From positions 32,001 to 96,000 of the forward strand of contig CP060223.1 in assembly GCA_023898465.1 (NCBI GenBank): DNA of 64,000 bases, in the 5' to 3' direction. A program made the position numbers and the translations under genes. This DNA is from Candidatus Nomurabacteria bacterium. Its GTDB lineage: Bacteria; Patescibacteriota; Patescibacteriia; HK-STAS-PATE-3. This document shows, piece after piece, positions 1 to 9,447 of the stretch. The notes beneath the pieces are model-generated. The model did no database searches and had not been told where the DNA came from. It saw only the letters and a program-made list of their open reading frames with translations. The first letter of the stretch is position 1; every line of letters starts with the position of its first letter.

Positions 1-252
1 GAATTCTCTAATGAGCGAATTGCACGTGTCAGTGATGTCGTGCAGGTCGGTCAAGATCTGAAAGTGAAAGTGGTTTCGGTTGATAAGGAGCGAGGTCGCA
101 TCGGCTTGTCAGTGAAGGCATTGACCGAAGCGCCAGGTGAACGAGAAAACCGTCCACCACATCACAGCCGTCCACATGGTCAGGGTCATCGTGGTCAGGG
201 TCGCTTCAATAACGACAACCGTCGACCCTTCCATCGTCGCGATCACAACTAG
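1..252 (+). CDS. S1 RNA-binding domain protein, C-terminal fragment (ribosomal protein S1-like); 5' end lies outside the window
   Basis: The frame is open from base 1. The translation reads ...RVSDVVQVGQDLKVKVVSVDKERGRIGLSVKAL, a typical S1 domain, followed by a basic G/R/H-rich tail. A cmk-like gene follows, matching the classic cmk/rpsA neighbourhood. Confidence 0.55.
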   Translation, partial: EFSNERIARVSDVVQVGQDLKVKVVSVDKERGRIGLSVKALTEAPGERENRPPHHSRPHGQGHRGQGRFNNDNRRPFHRRDHN

Positions 253-258
253 CGCACG

Positions 259-831
259 ATGATAATCTCGATCTCAGGAAAGCCAGGCTCTGGGAAAAGC
301 TCAGTTGCAAAGGCGATTGCTCAGGAGCTTGGCATCGAGCGATACTACATGGGAAAACTTTGGCGCGAGAAATCTCGCGCCAAAGGCTTGACCCTACTCG
401 AGGGAGAGATTCAGGGTGAGTCTGATAAAACTATTGATAATGAGATTGATGAGTATCAGCGAGAACTTGGTCAGACCAAAGATAATTTTGTGATTGAGGG
501 GAGGACCTCGTTTTATTTTATTCCACACTCGTTTAAAATTTATCTCGACGTTGATCTTAGCGAGGGTGCCAAGCGTATTTGGAGCGATGTGCAAAAAAAT
601 CCGCATGAGCGGAATGAGGATCGTGATCTTGATAGTCTAGAAAAGGTAGAGCAAAGCAATGCGAGACGGATTAAGAGTTATGCGCTTCGATACAAGAAGT
701 TCTACGGCATTGAGAATATTGATGACCCTAAGCACTACGATTATTATCTCGACACCACAGGTCTGAGCTTTGCTGAAGTGAAAGAAGCAGTCTTCCAGGC
801 CATCCGACAGGCGAGTGGGGACAAGTCATAA
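259..831 (+). CDS. cmk: cytidylate kinase-like P-loop nucleotide kinase
   Basis: N-terminal Walker A motif ISISGKPGSGKSSVAKAIAQELG. Length is 190 aa and the gene is adjacent to the S1 protein gene. Confidence 0.55.
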   Translation: MIISISGKPGSGKSSVAKAIAQELGIERYYMGKLWREKSRAKGLTLLEGEIQGESDKTIDNEIDEYQRELGQTKDNFVIEGRTSFYFIPHSFKIYLDVDLSEGAKRIWSDVQKNPHERNEDRDLDSLEKVEQSNARRIKSYALRYKKFYGIENIDDPKHYDYYLDTTGLSFAEVKEAVFQAIRQASGDKS

Positions 832-909
832 AGTAGGACTTATCCGCATTTCATCCGCAGAAAAAGAAAAGCGCTGACTTTAGCGAAAAAGAGAAGAGAC
901 TTGTAAACG

Positions 910-945
910 TTGACAAGTGTCTTTTTCTGTGCTATACTCCTCTTG
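910..945 (+). promoter_or_regulatory. sigma70-like promoter TTGACA-17 nt-TATACT
   Basis: ttgacaagtgtctttttctgtgctatact has consensus -35 and -10 hexamers with a 17-nt spacer. There is no protein gene downstream for about 500 nt. Confidence 0.5.
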
Positions 946-1267
946 TAACGTACTTTTTAGACCACTTTATACCTCGAACAGTCAAGAAATTTGGCCGATT
1001 GCAAGCCAGGCGACCAGACTTCTCGACTATTCGTCAAAGGACATCCTAGGTCCTGTTTGAAAAGGATATAAAAACAAAAAGGTATACCCTAACGCCGCTG
1101 GTGTCGGGGACATACCAGAAGAGTGGTCGAGTACAAGCTCTCTACACAAACTAGGAAAGTAGTCAGCACATACGATCTTAGTGAAGATCGTCATCACTGC
1201 CCTATGGGCGGTAGATAACGTCCCGAGATCGTACGAAAGGGCCTCCGCCCATTCAACACTACGAATC

Positions 1268-1292
1268 GGGGCCGAGAGGCCTTTTTCTTTTC
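1268..1292 (+). terminator. putative rho-independent terminator
   Basis: ggggccgagaggcc forms a hairpin followed by tttttctttt. Confidence 0.4.
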
Positions 1293-1551
1293 CCAAAAAA
1301 GTTTGTAGCATTACGCTTGTCTTTTACGGGGAGCTAGAATAATATGGCTATGTGGCGATCAAAAAGGTGATCGCTATTTTTCATAGGAACTCACAAAAAG
1401 AATATATCTTCCCGAGGCAGTTTATTTTGTTACTACAGTAACAAAATTCCGTGAACCTTTCTTTTTAGATAACTCCCTTGCTCGATTATTTATTGAGCAG
1501 TTATATATTGCGAAGAAGCTAAAAGAATTCAAATTATACGCTTATGTAATA

Positions 1552-1932
1552 ATGCCAGATCATGTACATATTTTGATTGAGCCAGGAGTACGCTATTCAA
1601 TTTCAAAAAGTATGTTTACGATAAAGAAGCAATTCGCACATGAGGCTAACCGTATGCTGGGTTGGAATGACAAGAGAATAATAAATTTCTCCTCCGCAGG
1701 CGAACAAACGTTTGTTCGCCTGCGGGAGTTTGTAAATTTACATCATCCTAGCTATGGGCAGAAATTTCATTGGCAAAAATCCTTCCATGATCACGTCATC
1801 CGTGACCAAAGGGATTTCAATCACCACGTGAATTATCTACACCTCAACCCGGTGAAAGATGGATTGGTGAAGAAACCCGAAGACTGGCCTTATTCATGCT
1901 ATGACGCTTTTTTGAAAGGCGATTTACTTTGA
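1552..1932 (+). mobile_element. IS200/IS605-family HUH (Y1) transposase TnpA / RAYT-like; the N-terminus appears truncated
   Basis: HUH motif YVIMPDHVHILIEP and C-terminal YLHLNPVKDGLV...DWPYSCY are typical of IS200-like TnpA. Similarity extends upstream of the Met in frame (KLKEFKLYAYVI), but that frame closes at a TAG at 1465 with no ATG, so about 40 N-terminal residues are missing. Confidence 0.6.
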
Positions 1933-1954
1933 TTGATGCCATTCCTCAATAAGC

Positions 1955-1986
1955 ACAAAAACATCCTTACCTGGTGAGCGCAGAGG
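1955..1986. repeat. 32-nt direct repeat copy 1 (tRNA-Lys 3' end plus 3' flank), followed by degenerate tRNA-Lys fragments and hairpins
   Basis: acaaaaacatccttacctggtgagcgcagagg is identical to 2269-2300. A second 20-nt tRNA-Lys segment (cccccaacccgttgcttaag) recurs at 2127-2146. Two perfect hairpins lie between them (cccgccGACTggcggg around 1989; gtgactgca-gcag-tgcagtcac at 2076-2097). Confidence 0.7.
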
Positions 1987-2268
1987 CCTGCCCGCCGACT
2001 GGCGGGGACTCGAGTCCGGGGTCAAGTGATTCCTCATAAATTCGGAATAACACTTGACCCGTCTCCGCAGTGCGTGACTGCAGCAGTGCAGTCACTTTCG
2101 TCTATCGACGAAACTGCTCTGACCCCCCAACCCGTTGCTTAAGGTTTGAGCGGCATCCTGAGGAATCTCAGGATAGCAAGCAAACTGTTTTGCTTGCGGC
2201 CGCGAAAACGGGCAAGGGTTGCGAACAGAGTGAGCCTCCTTGCCCAGTTAGCAACTGTGTTACGGAAA

Positions 2269-2300
2269 CAAAAACATCCTTACCTGGTGAGCGCAGAGGG
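2269..2300. repeat. 32-nt direct repeat copy 2, overlapping the 3' end of the intact tRNA-Lys
   Basis: Identical to 1955-1986. Confidence 0.7.
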
Positions 2301-2359
2301 ACTCGAACCCCCAACCCGTTGCTTAAGAGGCAACTGCTCTACCATTGAGCTATGCGCCC
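2285..2359 (-). tRNA. tRNA-Lys (anticodon CUU)
   Basis: The reverse complement folds as a 75-nt cloverleaf: acceptor GGGCGCA/UGCGCUC, D-arm GCUC-AAUGGUA-GAGC, anticodon stem GUUGC with loop CUCUUAA, T-arm GGGGG-UUCGAGU-CCCUC, and an encoded CCA. Confidence 0.85.
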
Positions 2360-2441
2360 CCAGGTAAGAATGTTTTCTCGAAAATTTTTAGAACGTAGGC
2401 AGGATACTGTGTTTTCCGATTCTATGCAAGTCCTACGCCTT

Positions 2442-2518
2442 TGGTGCGGCCGGAGGGATTCGAACCCCCGACCTACTGGTCCGAAGCCAGTCGCTCTATC
2501 CAACTGAGCTACGGCCGC
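2442..2518 (-). tRNA. tRNA-Arg (anticodon UCG)
   Basis: The reverse complement is GCGGCCG-UA-GCUC-AGUUGGAUA-GAGC-G-ACUGG-CUUCGGA-CCAGU-AGGUC-GGGGG-UUCGAAU-CCCUC-CGGCCGC-A-CCA, 77 nt, with an Arg-type D-loop. Confidence 0.85.
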
Positions 2519-2593
2519 ACCAGAGACGCGGGAAATATGTTATTTGGATGACTAGGCTCGTCACCCTAGCATGGGCTATATGTTTAGACAAGC

Positions 2594-2995
2594 TTAGACT
2601 GACGGCGGCGTTGGGGGAGTAATCTCGCCACTTTCGACAGCTTCATTGCTTGGCTGAGGTGCTGCAGGTGTATGTGACTCATCTTGCACATCATCTAATG
2701 ATGGATGTGCATGCGTTGCTTGTTTCAATGAATCTTTTAGATTCTTTCCTGCCTTGAATTTTGGCACGGTGACTGTTGGGATTTGAATACGCTCAGAAGG
2801 GTTTTGTGGATTCACGCCACCTCGTGCTTCGCGTACACGAGCGCTAAAGGTGCCAAAGCCAGTTAAGGTAACTTCGTCATTTTTTTGCAGCGTTTCAATC
2901 GTAATACCTTCAAATGCATCAAGTACTTCCTCCACCTGTTTTTTTGACAGGCCGACTTTTTGGGCGATTTGTTCTGACAATTCTGCTTTGTTCAT
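2594..2995 (-). CDS. hup: HU-family DNA-binding protein with a Pro/Glu-rich C-terminal extension
   Basis: MNKAELSEQIAQKVGLSKKQVEEVLDAF...FGTFSARVREARGGVNPQNPSERIQIP is a clear HU/IHF fold signature. Confidence 0.85.
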   Translation of the reverse strand: MNKAELSEQIAQKVGLSKKQVEEVLDAFEGITIETLQKNDEVTLTGFGTFSARVREARGGVNPQNPSERIQIPTVTVPKFKAGKNLKDSLKQATHAHPSLDDVQDESHTPAAPQPSNEAVESGEITPPTPPSV

Positions 2996-3036
2996 ATATT
3001 CACCTTTTTGGTCAATGATGAAGGAAGTGACAAATA

Positions 3037-3867
3037 TTATACTTCGGTGTGACTGCGGACATGCTCTATGTGTACTGCCTTACCTGTACTCGGATCAATT
3101 CGCAGTACGGTTGCGTCCACAACCGCTGGACCATGCTCAGGGAAGGTGTGTTCTCCAGGCATTTGTGTGAGCATCCTTTGAATAATAACATCTTTATCAA
3201 CGCCAATAACAGAATCGCGCGCTCCGCTCATACCAAGGTCGGAGATAAAAGCAGTACCACCAGGCATAATCCAAGCATCAGCCGTCGGTACGTGTGTGTG
3301 GGTTCCTAGCACCGCGCTGACTCGTCCATTGAGATACCACCCAATAGCAGCTTTTTCGCTCGTAACCTCTCCGTGAAAGTCGACGATAGTGCCGGCTATA
3401 TTTTTTTCCCTTGCATGCTGCTGTAAGATTTCATCAACAGTGCGTAAAGGATCGCTCACCTGCTCTTGCATGAAGGCTTGTCCTTGTACATTAATCACGA
3501 GGAGTTGCTTAGCACCAATTGGGAAGAGGCGAGCACCTAGACCAGGAGAAGTGGCTGGATAATTTGCCGGACGTATGAGCGGTACGCTGTCATCTTGCAT
3601 GATGGTGAAAACCTCAGGCTTCTTCCAGATGTGATTACCCGAGGTGAAGCAATCAATACCTAGGGCAGTTAACTCATTTAAGGTAGAGCGAGTGACGCCT
3701 TTACCGTGCGCCAGATTCTCAACATTTGCCAGCATGAAATCAGGCTGGAAGCGTTCCTTTAATTCAGGCATGACTTTTGCCAGCGCTCGACGGCCAATCT
3801 TTGCCACCACATCGCCAAAGGCGAGTATGGTGATGAGATTCTCAGGTGTGGCCTTCTTAGCGGGCAT
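3037..3867 (-). CDS. ymdB: YmdB-like metallophosphoesterase (2',3'-cyclic-nucleotide phosphodiesterase family)
   Basis: LAFGDVV...GNHIW...DFHGEVTSEK...GTHTHVPTAD motifs are calcineurin-like. The gene sits immediately downstream of rny, as in the conserved rny-ymdB pair. The chosen start is Met-8; the 3888 start would overlap rny by 32 nt. Confidence 0.8.
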   Translation of the reverse strand: MPAKKATPENLITILAFGDVVAKIGRRALAKVMPELKERFQPDFMLANVENLAHGKGVTRSTLNELTALGIDCFTSGNHIWKKPEVFTIMQDDSVPLIRPANYPATSPGLGARLFPIGAKQLLVINVQGQAFMQEQVSDPLRTVDEILQQHAREKNIAGTIVDFHGEVTSEKAAIGWYLNGRVSAVLGTHTHVPTADAWIMPGGTAFISDLGMSGARDSVIGVDKDVIIQRMLTQMPGEHTFPEHGPAVVDATVLRIDPSTGKAVHIEHVRSHTEV

Positions 3868-5386
3868 AGGTGATGATGCGCTTTTCACGAAGCATATTGA
3901 CTTTGATTTCGCCCGGGTAGTTCAGATCGGTTTCAATCTTCTTCGCAATATTACGGGCAAGCTGCGTCGCACCATAGTCGTCAATTTTATCCGGATTCAC
4001 AAAGATGCGCACTTCACGGCCAGCCTGGATAGCAAAAGCTTTTTCTACACCATCAAAGGACGTAACCACATCTTCAAGCTCTTGCAAGCGGGTGACATAT
4101 TGTTCATAGGTGTCTTTACGAGCACCTGGACGAGCACCCGAGATTGCATCAGCCACTTTTACAATCGCACCCTCGAGGGTCTGTGGATTGTCTTCATGGT
4201 GAGCATGAGCAATATAGGCCACCTCTTCTGGCAGGCCGAATTTCTTCATGATGTCATATCCAATCTGCATGTGCGTGCCTTGGATTTCATGGTCGAGGGC
4301 CTTACCAATGTCGTGAAGCAAACCACCTTTTTTGGCAAAGCTGACATTGGCGCCGAGCTCAGCTGCCAAAACTCCAGCTAAGAGGGAAACCTCAATAGAG
4401 TGTCGGAGCACATTTTGTCCGTAGCTCGTGCGGTATTTTAAACGGCCAAGCAATTGGATGAGTTTTGGATCAAGGCCGGCCACGCCAACTTCATAGGCAG
4501 CTTCTTCACCAGCTTTTTGAATATCATTTGCCAGATCCTTCTTTGCTTGTTCGACTGCATCTTCGATCTTACTCGGATGAATACGACCATCCTGGATAAG
4601 CTTCTCTAATGCTCGCTTGGCAACATGTCGTCGGATAGGATTGAAGCCGGAGATCACAATTGACTCAGGAGTTTCGTCAACAATAATTTCCACTCCAGTT
4701 AATTGTTCAATCGTTTTAATGTTGCGACCTTCTCGACCGATGATGCGGCCTTTCATTTCATCGCTTGGTAGGTTAAGCACCGTCGTGGTCGTTTCAGCTA
4801 CGTGTGAAGACGCAACACGCTGTAGCACCGTGCTGAGGATTTGCTTAGCTTCTCGCTCCCAGGATTCCTGACTAATGTTCTGCAGTTTGCGAATACGGAG
4901 GAGGAGATCCTCTTTCATATTGTCTTCAAGATTGCGAAGCAGTACTTCGCGTCCTTCATCCTTTGTAAGCTCAGCGATTTTTTCCAGCTTCTCAATTTGC
5001 TTGCCGCGAATTTGCGTCAACTCTTCTCGAAGCGTTTTGATTTGTTCAGCCTTCTTCGTAAGTTCACTTTGTCGATTCTCAATATCAAGCAACTTTTGAT
5101 CAAAAGTTGCCTCGCGTCGTTCTAAGCGCTGTTGCGATTGCTGCAGTTCCTGACGTCGCGTGTTTTCTTCACGCTTCGCTTCGTCTAAGAGCTTAATAGC
5201 TCGGTCTTTTGCTTCGACCAGGAGCTCGCGCTGTTTGGTCTTTGCTTCTTCGAGAATCAGAGTGGCCTTGGCATCTGCCGACTCAGCTTCTTTACTGGCC
5301 CATGTTTTTCGCAGGTAATAGCCTGCAACAATTCCTCCTGGTATGCCAACGATCAGGAGTAAAATCCAAATAAGATTGTCGATCAT
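3857..5386 (-). CDS. rny: ribonuclease Y
   Basis: N-terminal TM helix, coiled-coil region, KH domain (GRIIGREGRNIK) and HD domain (LLHDIGKA). The start is taken at MIDNLIWILLLIVG, because the upstream extension is not hydrophobic and lacks an SD. Confidence 0.9.
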   Translation of the reverse strand: MIDNLIWILLLIVGIPGGIVAGYYLRKTWASKEAESADAKATLILEEAKTKQRELLVEAKDRAIKLLDEAKREENTRRQELQQSQQRLERREATFDQKLLDIENRQSELTKKAEQIKTLREELTQIRGKQIEKLEKIAELTKDEGREVLLRNLEDNMKEDLLLRIRKLQNISQESWEREAKQILSTVLQRVASSHVAETTTTVLNLPSDEMKGRIIGREGRNIKTIEQLTGVEIIVDETPESIVISGFNPIRRHVAKRALEKLIQDGRIHPSKIEDAVEQAKKDLANDIQKAGEEAAYEVGVAGLDPKLIQLLGRLKYRTSYGQNVLRHSIEVSLLAGVLAAELGANVSFAKKGGLLHDIGKALDHEIQGTHMQIGYDIMKKFGLPEEVAYIAHAHHEDNPQTLEGAIVKVADAISGARPGARKDTYEQYVTRLQELEDVVTSFDGVEKAFAIQAGREVRIFVNPDKIDDYGATQLARNIAKKIETDLNYPGEIKVNMLREKRIITYAR

Positions 5387-5549
5387 AGTTTTTGTGCATT
5401 GTGCATCAATAACGAGATAAAAGTGCCAGCCCACCGTACCACAGAAGCTATTTTTTCGCAAGTCTTAGCCTTTTTCCTGTGTATTTACATTCGGTTGTCA
5501 AAATAAAAATGGCATATACGTCCTGTATCGCCACTTTTATTTTTAGTTA

Positions 5550-6143
5550 CTACTCGATGATCTTATCGATCAAGCCGTACTTTTTGGCTTCATCGGATGT
5601 CATGAAGTAGTCGCGGTCTGAATCCTTTTCGATCTTGGCTAGTGGTTGACCAGTGTGTTTCGATAGAATTCGATTCATACGATCGTGAATCTTCAAAATA
5701 TGTTCAGCCCGGACGCGGATATCTGCCGCTTGTCCTTCGAAGCCACCCATGACCTGGTGGATCATAATTTCAGAATTAGGAAGCGCAAACCGCTTACCTT
5801 TTTCACCGGCGGCGAGAAGTGTGGCTGCCATTGATGCGGCCATGCCGACGCAGATAGTTACCACATCAGGTTCGACCAGCTGCATAGTATCGTAAATGGC
5901 CATCCCGGCAGTGACTGATCCACCTGGCGAGTTGATATAGAGCTTAATATCCTTTTCCTTATCCTCGCTGGCGAGAAACAGTAACTGGGCGATTATGGTG
6001 TTTGCGGTAATATCATCAATCGGGAAGCCGACGAAGATGATGCGTTCTTTCAGGAGTCGAGAATAGATGTCGTAGGCGCGTTCGCCGTAGTTCGACTTCT
6101 CGATAACCATTGGGATGAGTTGATTGCGGGTTGGTGTGTCCAT
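5550..6143 (-). CDS. clpP: ATP-dependent Clp protease proteolytic subunit
   Basis: [12 protein letters not shown]...[21 protein letters not shown]...MIHQ is a classic ClpP Ser-His-Asp signature. Confidence 0.9.
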   Translation of the reverse strand: MDTPTRNQLIPMVIEKSNYGERAYDIYSRLLKERIIFVGFPIDDITANTIIAQLLFLASEDKEKDIKLYINSPGGSVTAGMAIYDTMQLVEPDVVTICVGMAASMAATLLAAGEKGKRFALPNSEIMIHQVMGGFEGQAADIRVRAEHILKIHDRMNRILSKHTGQPLAKIEKDSDRDYFMTSDEAKKYGLIDKIIE

Positions 6144-6177
6144 AGTATTTGGAGTATAGCAAATGAGTTTTTACTGG

Positions 6178-7158
6178 TCACGCTGGTTTAATAGTCCAGC
6201 CTTGAGGGGTTTCAATAATAGTGCCCGGGGTGGTGAAGCCGGCTGCTTTGACGTGCCCGCCGCCGCCATACTCGGCTGCCATTTTGGAGACGTCGACGCC
6301 CTCCTGAGTGGTGCGATAACTTCCGCTAATGAGGCCATCAGGTAGCTCTTTTAAGAAAAAGGCAGCCTTAGCATCATCTAGTCCATTGAGGAAGTTAGCA
6401 AAGCCATCAACCGCATCAACATCCACACCACATTCGAGGAAGTCTTTTTGAAAAAGTGCAGTTGAGATAATGCCAGTTTCCACATTGCGTTGTAGGCGAC
6501 TAAGGGCAATGCCCCAGAGTCGCAGCATAGCCAGAGACTTATTCTTCAGAGTACCATCGTTGATTTCTTTTAAGACCGCGCCCCGTTCAAGTAATTCAGC
6601 TGCCGCGCCCATGGCACTTGGTGTAGTTGCGAGATTCGCAAATCCTCCCGTGTCAGTCAATATCCCGGTAAGTAAACTCGTGGCCATTGCTCGTGTGATG
6701 GGTGCGCCTACGTGCGTAAGGAAGGAATAGATCAACTCAGCAGTTGAGGAAGCCTGGACATTGATGTGGGCGTGATCAACTACGTTACGACCCTCGTATT
6801 CCAATCGGGTGGGGTGGTGGTCAATGCAGACGACTTGTGCTTTTTTCTCACCTTTTAACAATAGCTCAGTTGCTTGTGTGCGCTTCACATCACCAATATC
6901 AAGTAGGACGATCACGTCAAAGTCTTGCGTGCGCAAATCATCTGGATTTGAACTGATACGCTGGATATCTAAAAAGTCGAAGTAGGGTGCTGGACGATCA
7001 TTACTAAAACAAAGGTGTGACTTTCCCATTTGTTCAAGGTAATGACTTAATCCCAACATTGCGCCGATTGCATCACCGTCTGGGCGCTCATGGGCGGTCA
7101 GGAGGATATGACGCGCGTTTTGGAGCAGCGCTTGTAATTTGGGGGCAAAGTATTCCAT
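6178..7158 (-). CDS. DHH-family phosphoesterase (NrnA-like oligoribonuclease/pAp phosphatase)
   Basis: DHH motifs HERPDGDAIGA and CIDHHP, plus a DHHA1-like C-terminal domain with GGGH. Confidence 0.8.
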   Translation of the reverse strand: MEYFAPKLQALLQNARHILLTAHERPDGDAIGAMLGLSHYLEQMGKSHLCFSNDRPAPYFDFLDIQRISSNPDDLRTQDFDVIVLLDIGDVKRTQATELLLKGEKKAQVVCIDHHPTRLEYEGRNVVDHAHINVQASSTAELIYSFLTHVGAPITRAMATSLLTGILTDTGGFANLATTPSAMGAAAELLERGAVLKEINDGTLKNKSLAMLRLWGIALSRLQRNVETGIISTALFQKDFLECGVDVDAVDGFANFLNGLDDAKAAFFLKELPDGLISGSYRTTQEGVDVSKMAAEYGGGGHVKAAGFTTPGTIIETPQGWTIKPA

Positions 7159-7173
7159 AGAAAGCCCCTGACT

Positions 7174-7518
7174 CTACTCTTTCTCAGCAATGTCGTCAAG
7201 GAGTGACTCAACGCGAAACGCTTTCTCCTCGGTATAGTCGATATGAAACTCAATGTGTGGGACAAATTTCATTACCAGTTTTCGATTGAGATAGTGCTGC
7301 AGTTCGCCGCGCTGTTGGCTAAGGATTTTTTCAACTGCTTCCACTTGCTCGATTGGCAGCACTGAAATCCAAACCCTGGTGACGCTTAAATCCACCGCAG
7401 TGTCCACCTTGGAAATAGTCACAATCGTACCCAAAGGGAACTCAACAAGCCGCTTCATGAGCTGGCCGAGCTCTGTCGTAATGAGCGCGTTTACTTTCGC
7501 TATTCGGTCTCCGGGCAT
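7174..7518 (-). CDS. rbfA: ribosome-binding factor A
   Basis: 114 aa with RbfA-like KVNALITTELGQLM...VTISKVDTAVDLSVTRVWISVL, immediately downstream of infB. Confidence 0.85.
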   Translation of the reverse strand: MPGDRIAKVNALITTELGQLMKRLVEFPLGTIVTISKVDTAVDLSVTRVWISVLPIEQVEAVEKILSQQRGELQHYLNRKLVMKFVPHIEFHIDYTEEKAFRVESLLDDIAEKE

Positions 7519-7519
7519 T

Positions 7520-9319
7520 TTAGGCGCCTAAAGTTTTTTTACGTGTTTCCTCAGTGTAGAACTCAAGCGTGTCGCCCTCAGCGACAATTGGCTCGCCTTC
7601 ATAGCGGACACCACATTGACCGCCAACACTTACTTCATTCACTACACGCTTTTCAATCTTCACTTGCTTGGCGGTGCCAGTGCCAATACTTTCATCGTTA
7701 CGCTTCACTCGGATTAGCACATCCGGCACTGCTTTGCCTTTAGTAACCTCACCACCCACAATCATGGCCTTGCGTTCAGTTCGGAAGATGGCCAGCACCT
7801 TCATTGCACCAATTTCAGTCACAATAACTTCTTGACTCAATTGTGATTCAGCCTCAATGCGGACCGCGGCGACCAAGTCATAGATAATACTGTAGTGTTC
7901 AATCGCAATATCTTTTCCTTTGGCAACTGCTTCGGCAGATGGAGTGGCGTCAACGTTGAAGCCATAGAGCTTGGCTTTACTTGTTTCTGCTGCCAGGACA
8001 TCAGCCTCAGAGATATTTCCTAATCCTTTGTGAATCACTCGCACAGCTACCTCTTCATTCTGGAGTTTTTCAAGCGCGCCAACAATTGCTTCGAGTGATC
8101 CAAGTGTATCAGCCTTCACCACCACCGGAATAATAGTAGCCGCATGTGTTCCTTCACTTTCCACTAAGGTATGGGAAGCGCTGACTTGCGCTGGAGCTTG
8201 GTTCTTTAACTGATAGCTCTTCACTCGTTTTTTCACGTCGCTTAAATCAGTAACGGCCTGGAGGATGTCACCAACCGCTGGTGCACCTTTCAATCCAATA
8301 ATTTTGGCCGGGGTAGCTGGCGCAGCTTCGCTTAAGCTTTTTCCACGATAGTCTTTGAGTGCTTTAATCTTTCCATACACATTTCCAATCGTGACTTGGT
8401 CGCCGCGGTGCAGCGTACCTGATTGCACGAGTACGGTAGCCACTGGACCTTCGCCCGGGTCAATGTGTGATTCGATAATCGTTCCAATTGCTAAGCGATC
8501 TGGGTTCGCACGTAGGCGATCCTTTTGTAAGTCAGCCACTAAGAGCACCATATCAAGTAACTCTGGAATACCTTGGCCGGTCTTGGCTGATACAGGTGCC
8601 ATCACTACATTACCGCCCCAGTCCTCAGCTTGTACTTCCTGCTCAGCCAAACCCTGTTTTACTCGCTCCAGATTCGCTTCAGGTTTATCAATTTTGTTAA
8701 TAGCTACAACAAAAGGCAGATTGCTCGCTTTAATAATTTTCAAAGCCTCAAGAGTCTGAGGCTTCACGCCATCGTCAGCAGCAACAACTAGGATTGCTAC
8801 ATCGGCTACACGGGCGCCACGTGAACGCATGGCACTAAAGGCTTCATGGCCTGGGGTGTCAATAAAGGTAATCGCGCGTTCCTTATCAATTACTTGATAC
8901 GCACCAATGCTTTGGGTGATACCGCCAGCTTCTTTTTCCGCTACATTTGTTTCACGGATTTTATCGAGCAACAGAGTTTTACCATGATCAACGTGACCCA
9001 TCACCACAACGACCGGTGGACGCACCTTCAATTTCGAAGCCTCTTCCTTATTTGCATTTTCAAGAGCGCTCAGGTCCTGTGCATTGCTCTCTTGTGCTTC
9101 TTTCTCAGTGCTTACATTAAATTCCGCAGCAATAATTGAGGCAGTATCAAAATCAATCCGTTCGTTTTGACCGGACATGATGCCATTTTTCATGAGTTCA
9201 GCAATGACGCGGGTGACTGGGACTTCTAGCTTTTCAGCTAAATCCTTAATCACTACCGTCTCAGGAAGTGTGATGTTTTTTTCTTCGCTTGCTGGAGCTG
9301 GGCTTGTTGCTGTGTCCAT
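7520..9319 (-). CDS. infB: translation initiation factor IF-2
   Basis: G-domain [28 protein letters not shown] and NKID motifs; 599 aa. Confidence 0.95.
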   Translation of the reverse strand: MDTATSPAPASEEKNITLPETVVIKDLAEKLEVPVTRVIAELMKNGIMSGQNERIDFDTASIIAAEFNVSTEKEAQESNAQDLSALENANKEEASKLKVRPPVVVVMGHVDHGKTLLLDKIRETNVAEKEAGGITQSIGAYQVIDKERAITFIDTPGHEAFSAMRSRGARVADVAILVVAADDGVKPQTLEALKIIKASNLPFVVAINKIDKPEANLERVKQGLAEQEVQAEDWGGNVVMAPVSAKTGQGIPELLDMVLLVADLQKDRLRANPDRLAIGTIIESHIDPGEGPVATVLVQSGTLHRGDQVTIGNVYGKIKALKDYRGKSLSEAAPATPAKIIGLKGAPAVGDILQAVTDLSDVKKRVKSYQLKNQAPAQVSASHTLVESEGTHAATIIPVVVKADTLGSLEAIVGALEKLQNEEVAVRVIHKGLGNISEADVLAAETSKAKLYGFNVDATPSAEAVAKGKDIAIEHYSIIYDLVAAVRIEAESQLSQEVIVTEIGAMKVLAIFRTERKAMIVGGEVTKGKAVPDVLIRVKRNDESIGTGTAKQVKIEKRVVNEVSVGGQCGVRYEGEPIVAEGDTLEFYTEETRKKTLGA

Positions 9320-9375
9320 AGTGTACCCAAGAGTAAATCGACTGCCCCCAAATTTGTTAGCGTTAGGTCAGGCGC

Positions 9376-9404
9376 AGTGTACAATGTTCAATGCGTCTTG
9401 TCAA
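9376..9404 (-). promoter_or_regulatory. putative promoter of the infB-rbfA operon (minus strand TTGACA-17-TACACT)
   Basis: The reverse complement reads ttgacaagacgcattgaacattgtacact. Confidence 0.4.
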
Positions 9405-9447
9405 TAAAAAAGCCCGCAATCGCTAGCTATTTTATTAAGATATTTTT

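Noticed and set aside
1027-1311. 94-aa minus-strand ORF in the promoter/terminator-bracketed non-coding region
   Set aside because: No SD, and it runs antisense to the direction defined by the consensus promoter and terminator. The region is better explained as RNA or an element remnant.
1955-2150. Idea that the interrupted tRNA-Lys copy is a tRNA gene with a group I intron
   Set aside because: Bacterial tRNA group I introns sit in the anticodon loop, whereas the interruption here is in the T-loop. The 5' half is absent or permuted, and the insert is far too short and lacks intron core elements.
2070-2367. ORFs 2070-2348 and 2146-2367 on the plus strand
   Set aside because: They overlap the tRNA-Lys gene and its degenerate fragments, so they are not coding.
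3644-4381. 245-aa plus-strand ORF antisense to ymdB/rny, and 8355-8759 / 8846-9139 antisense to infB
   Set aside because: They are fully embedded antisense in genes with unmistakable conserved protein signatures.
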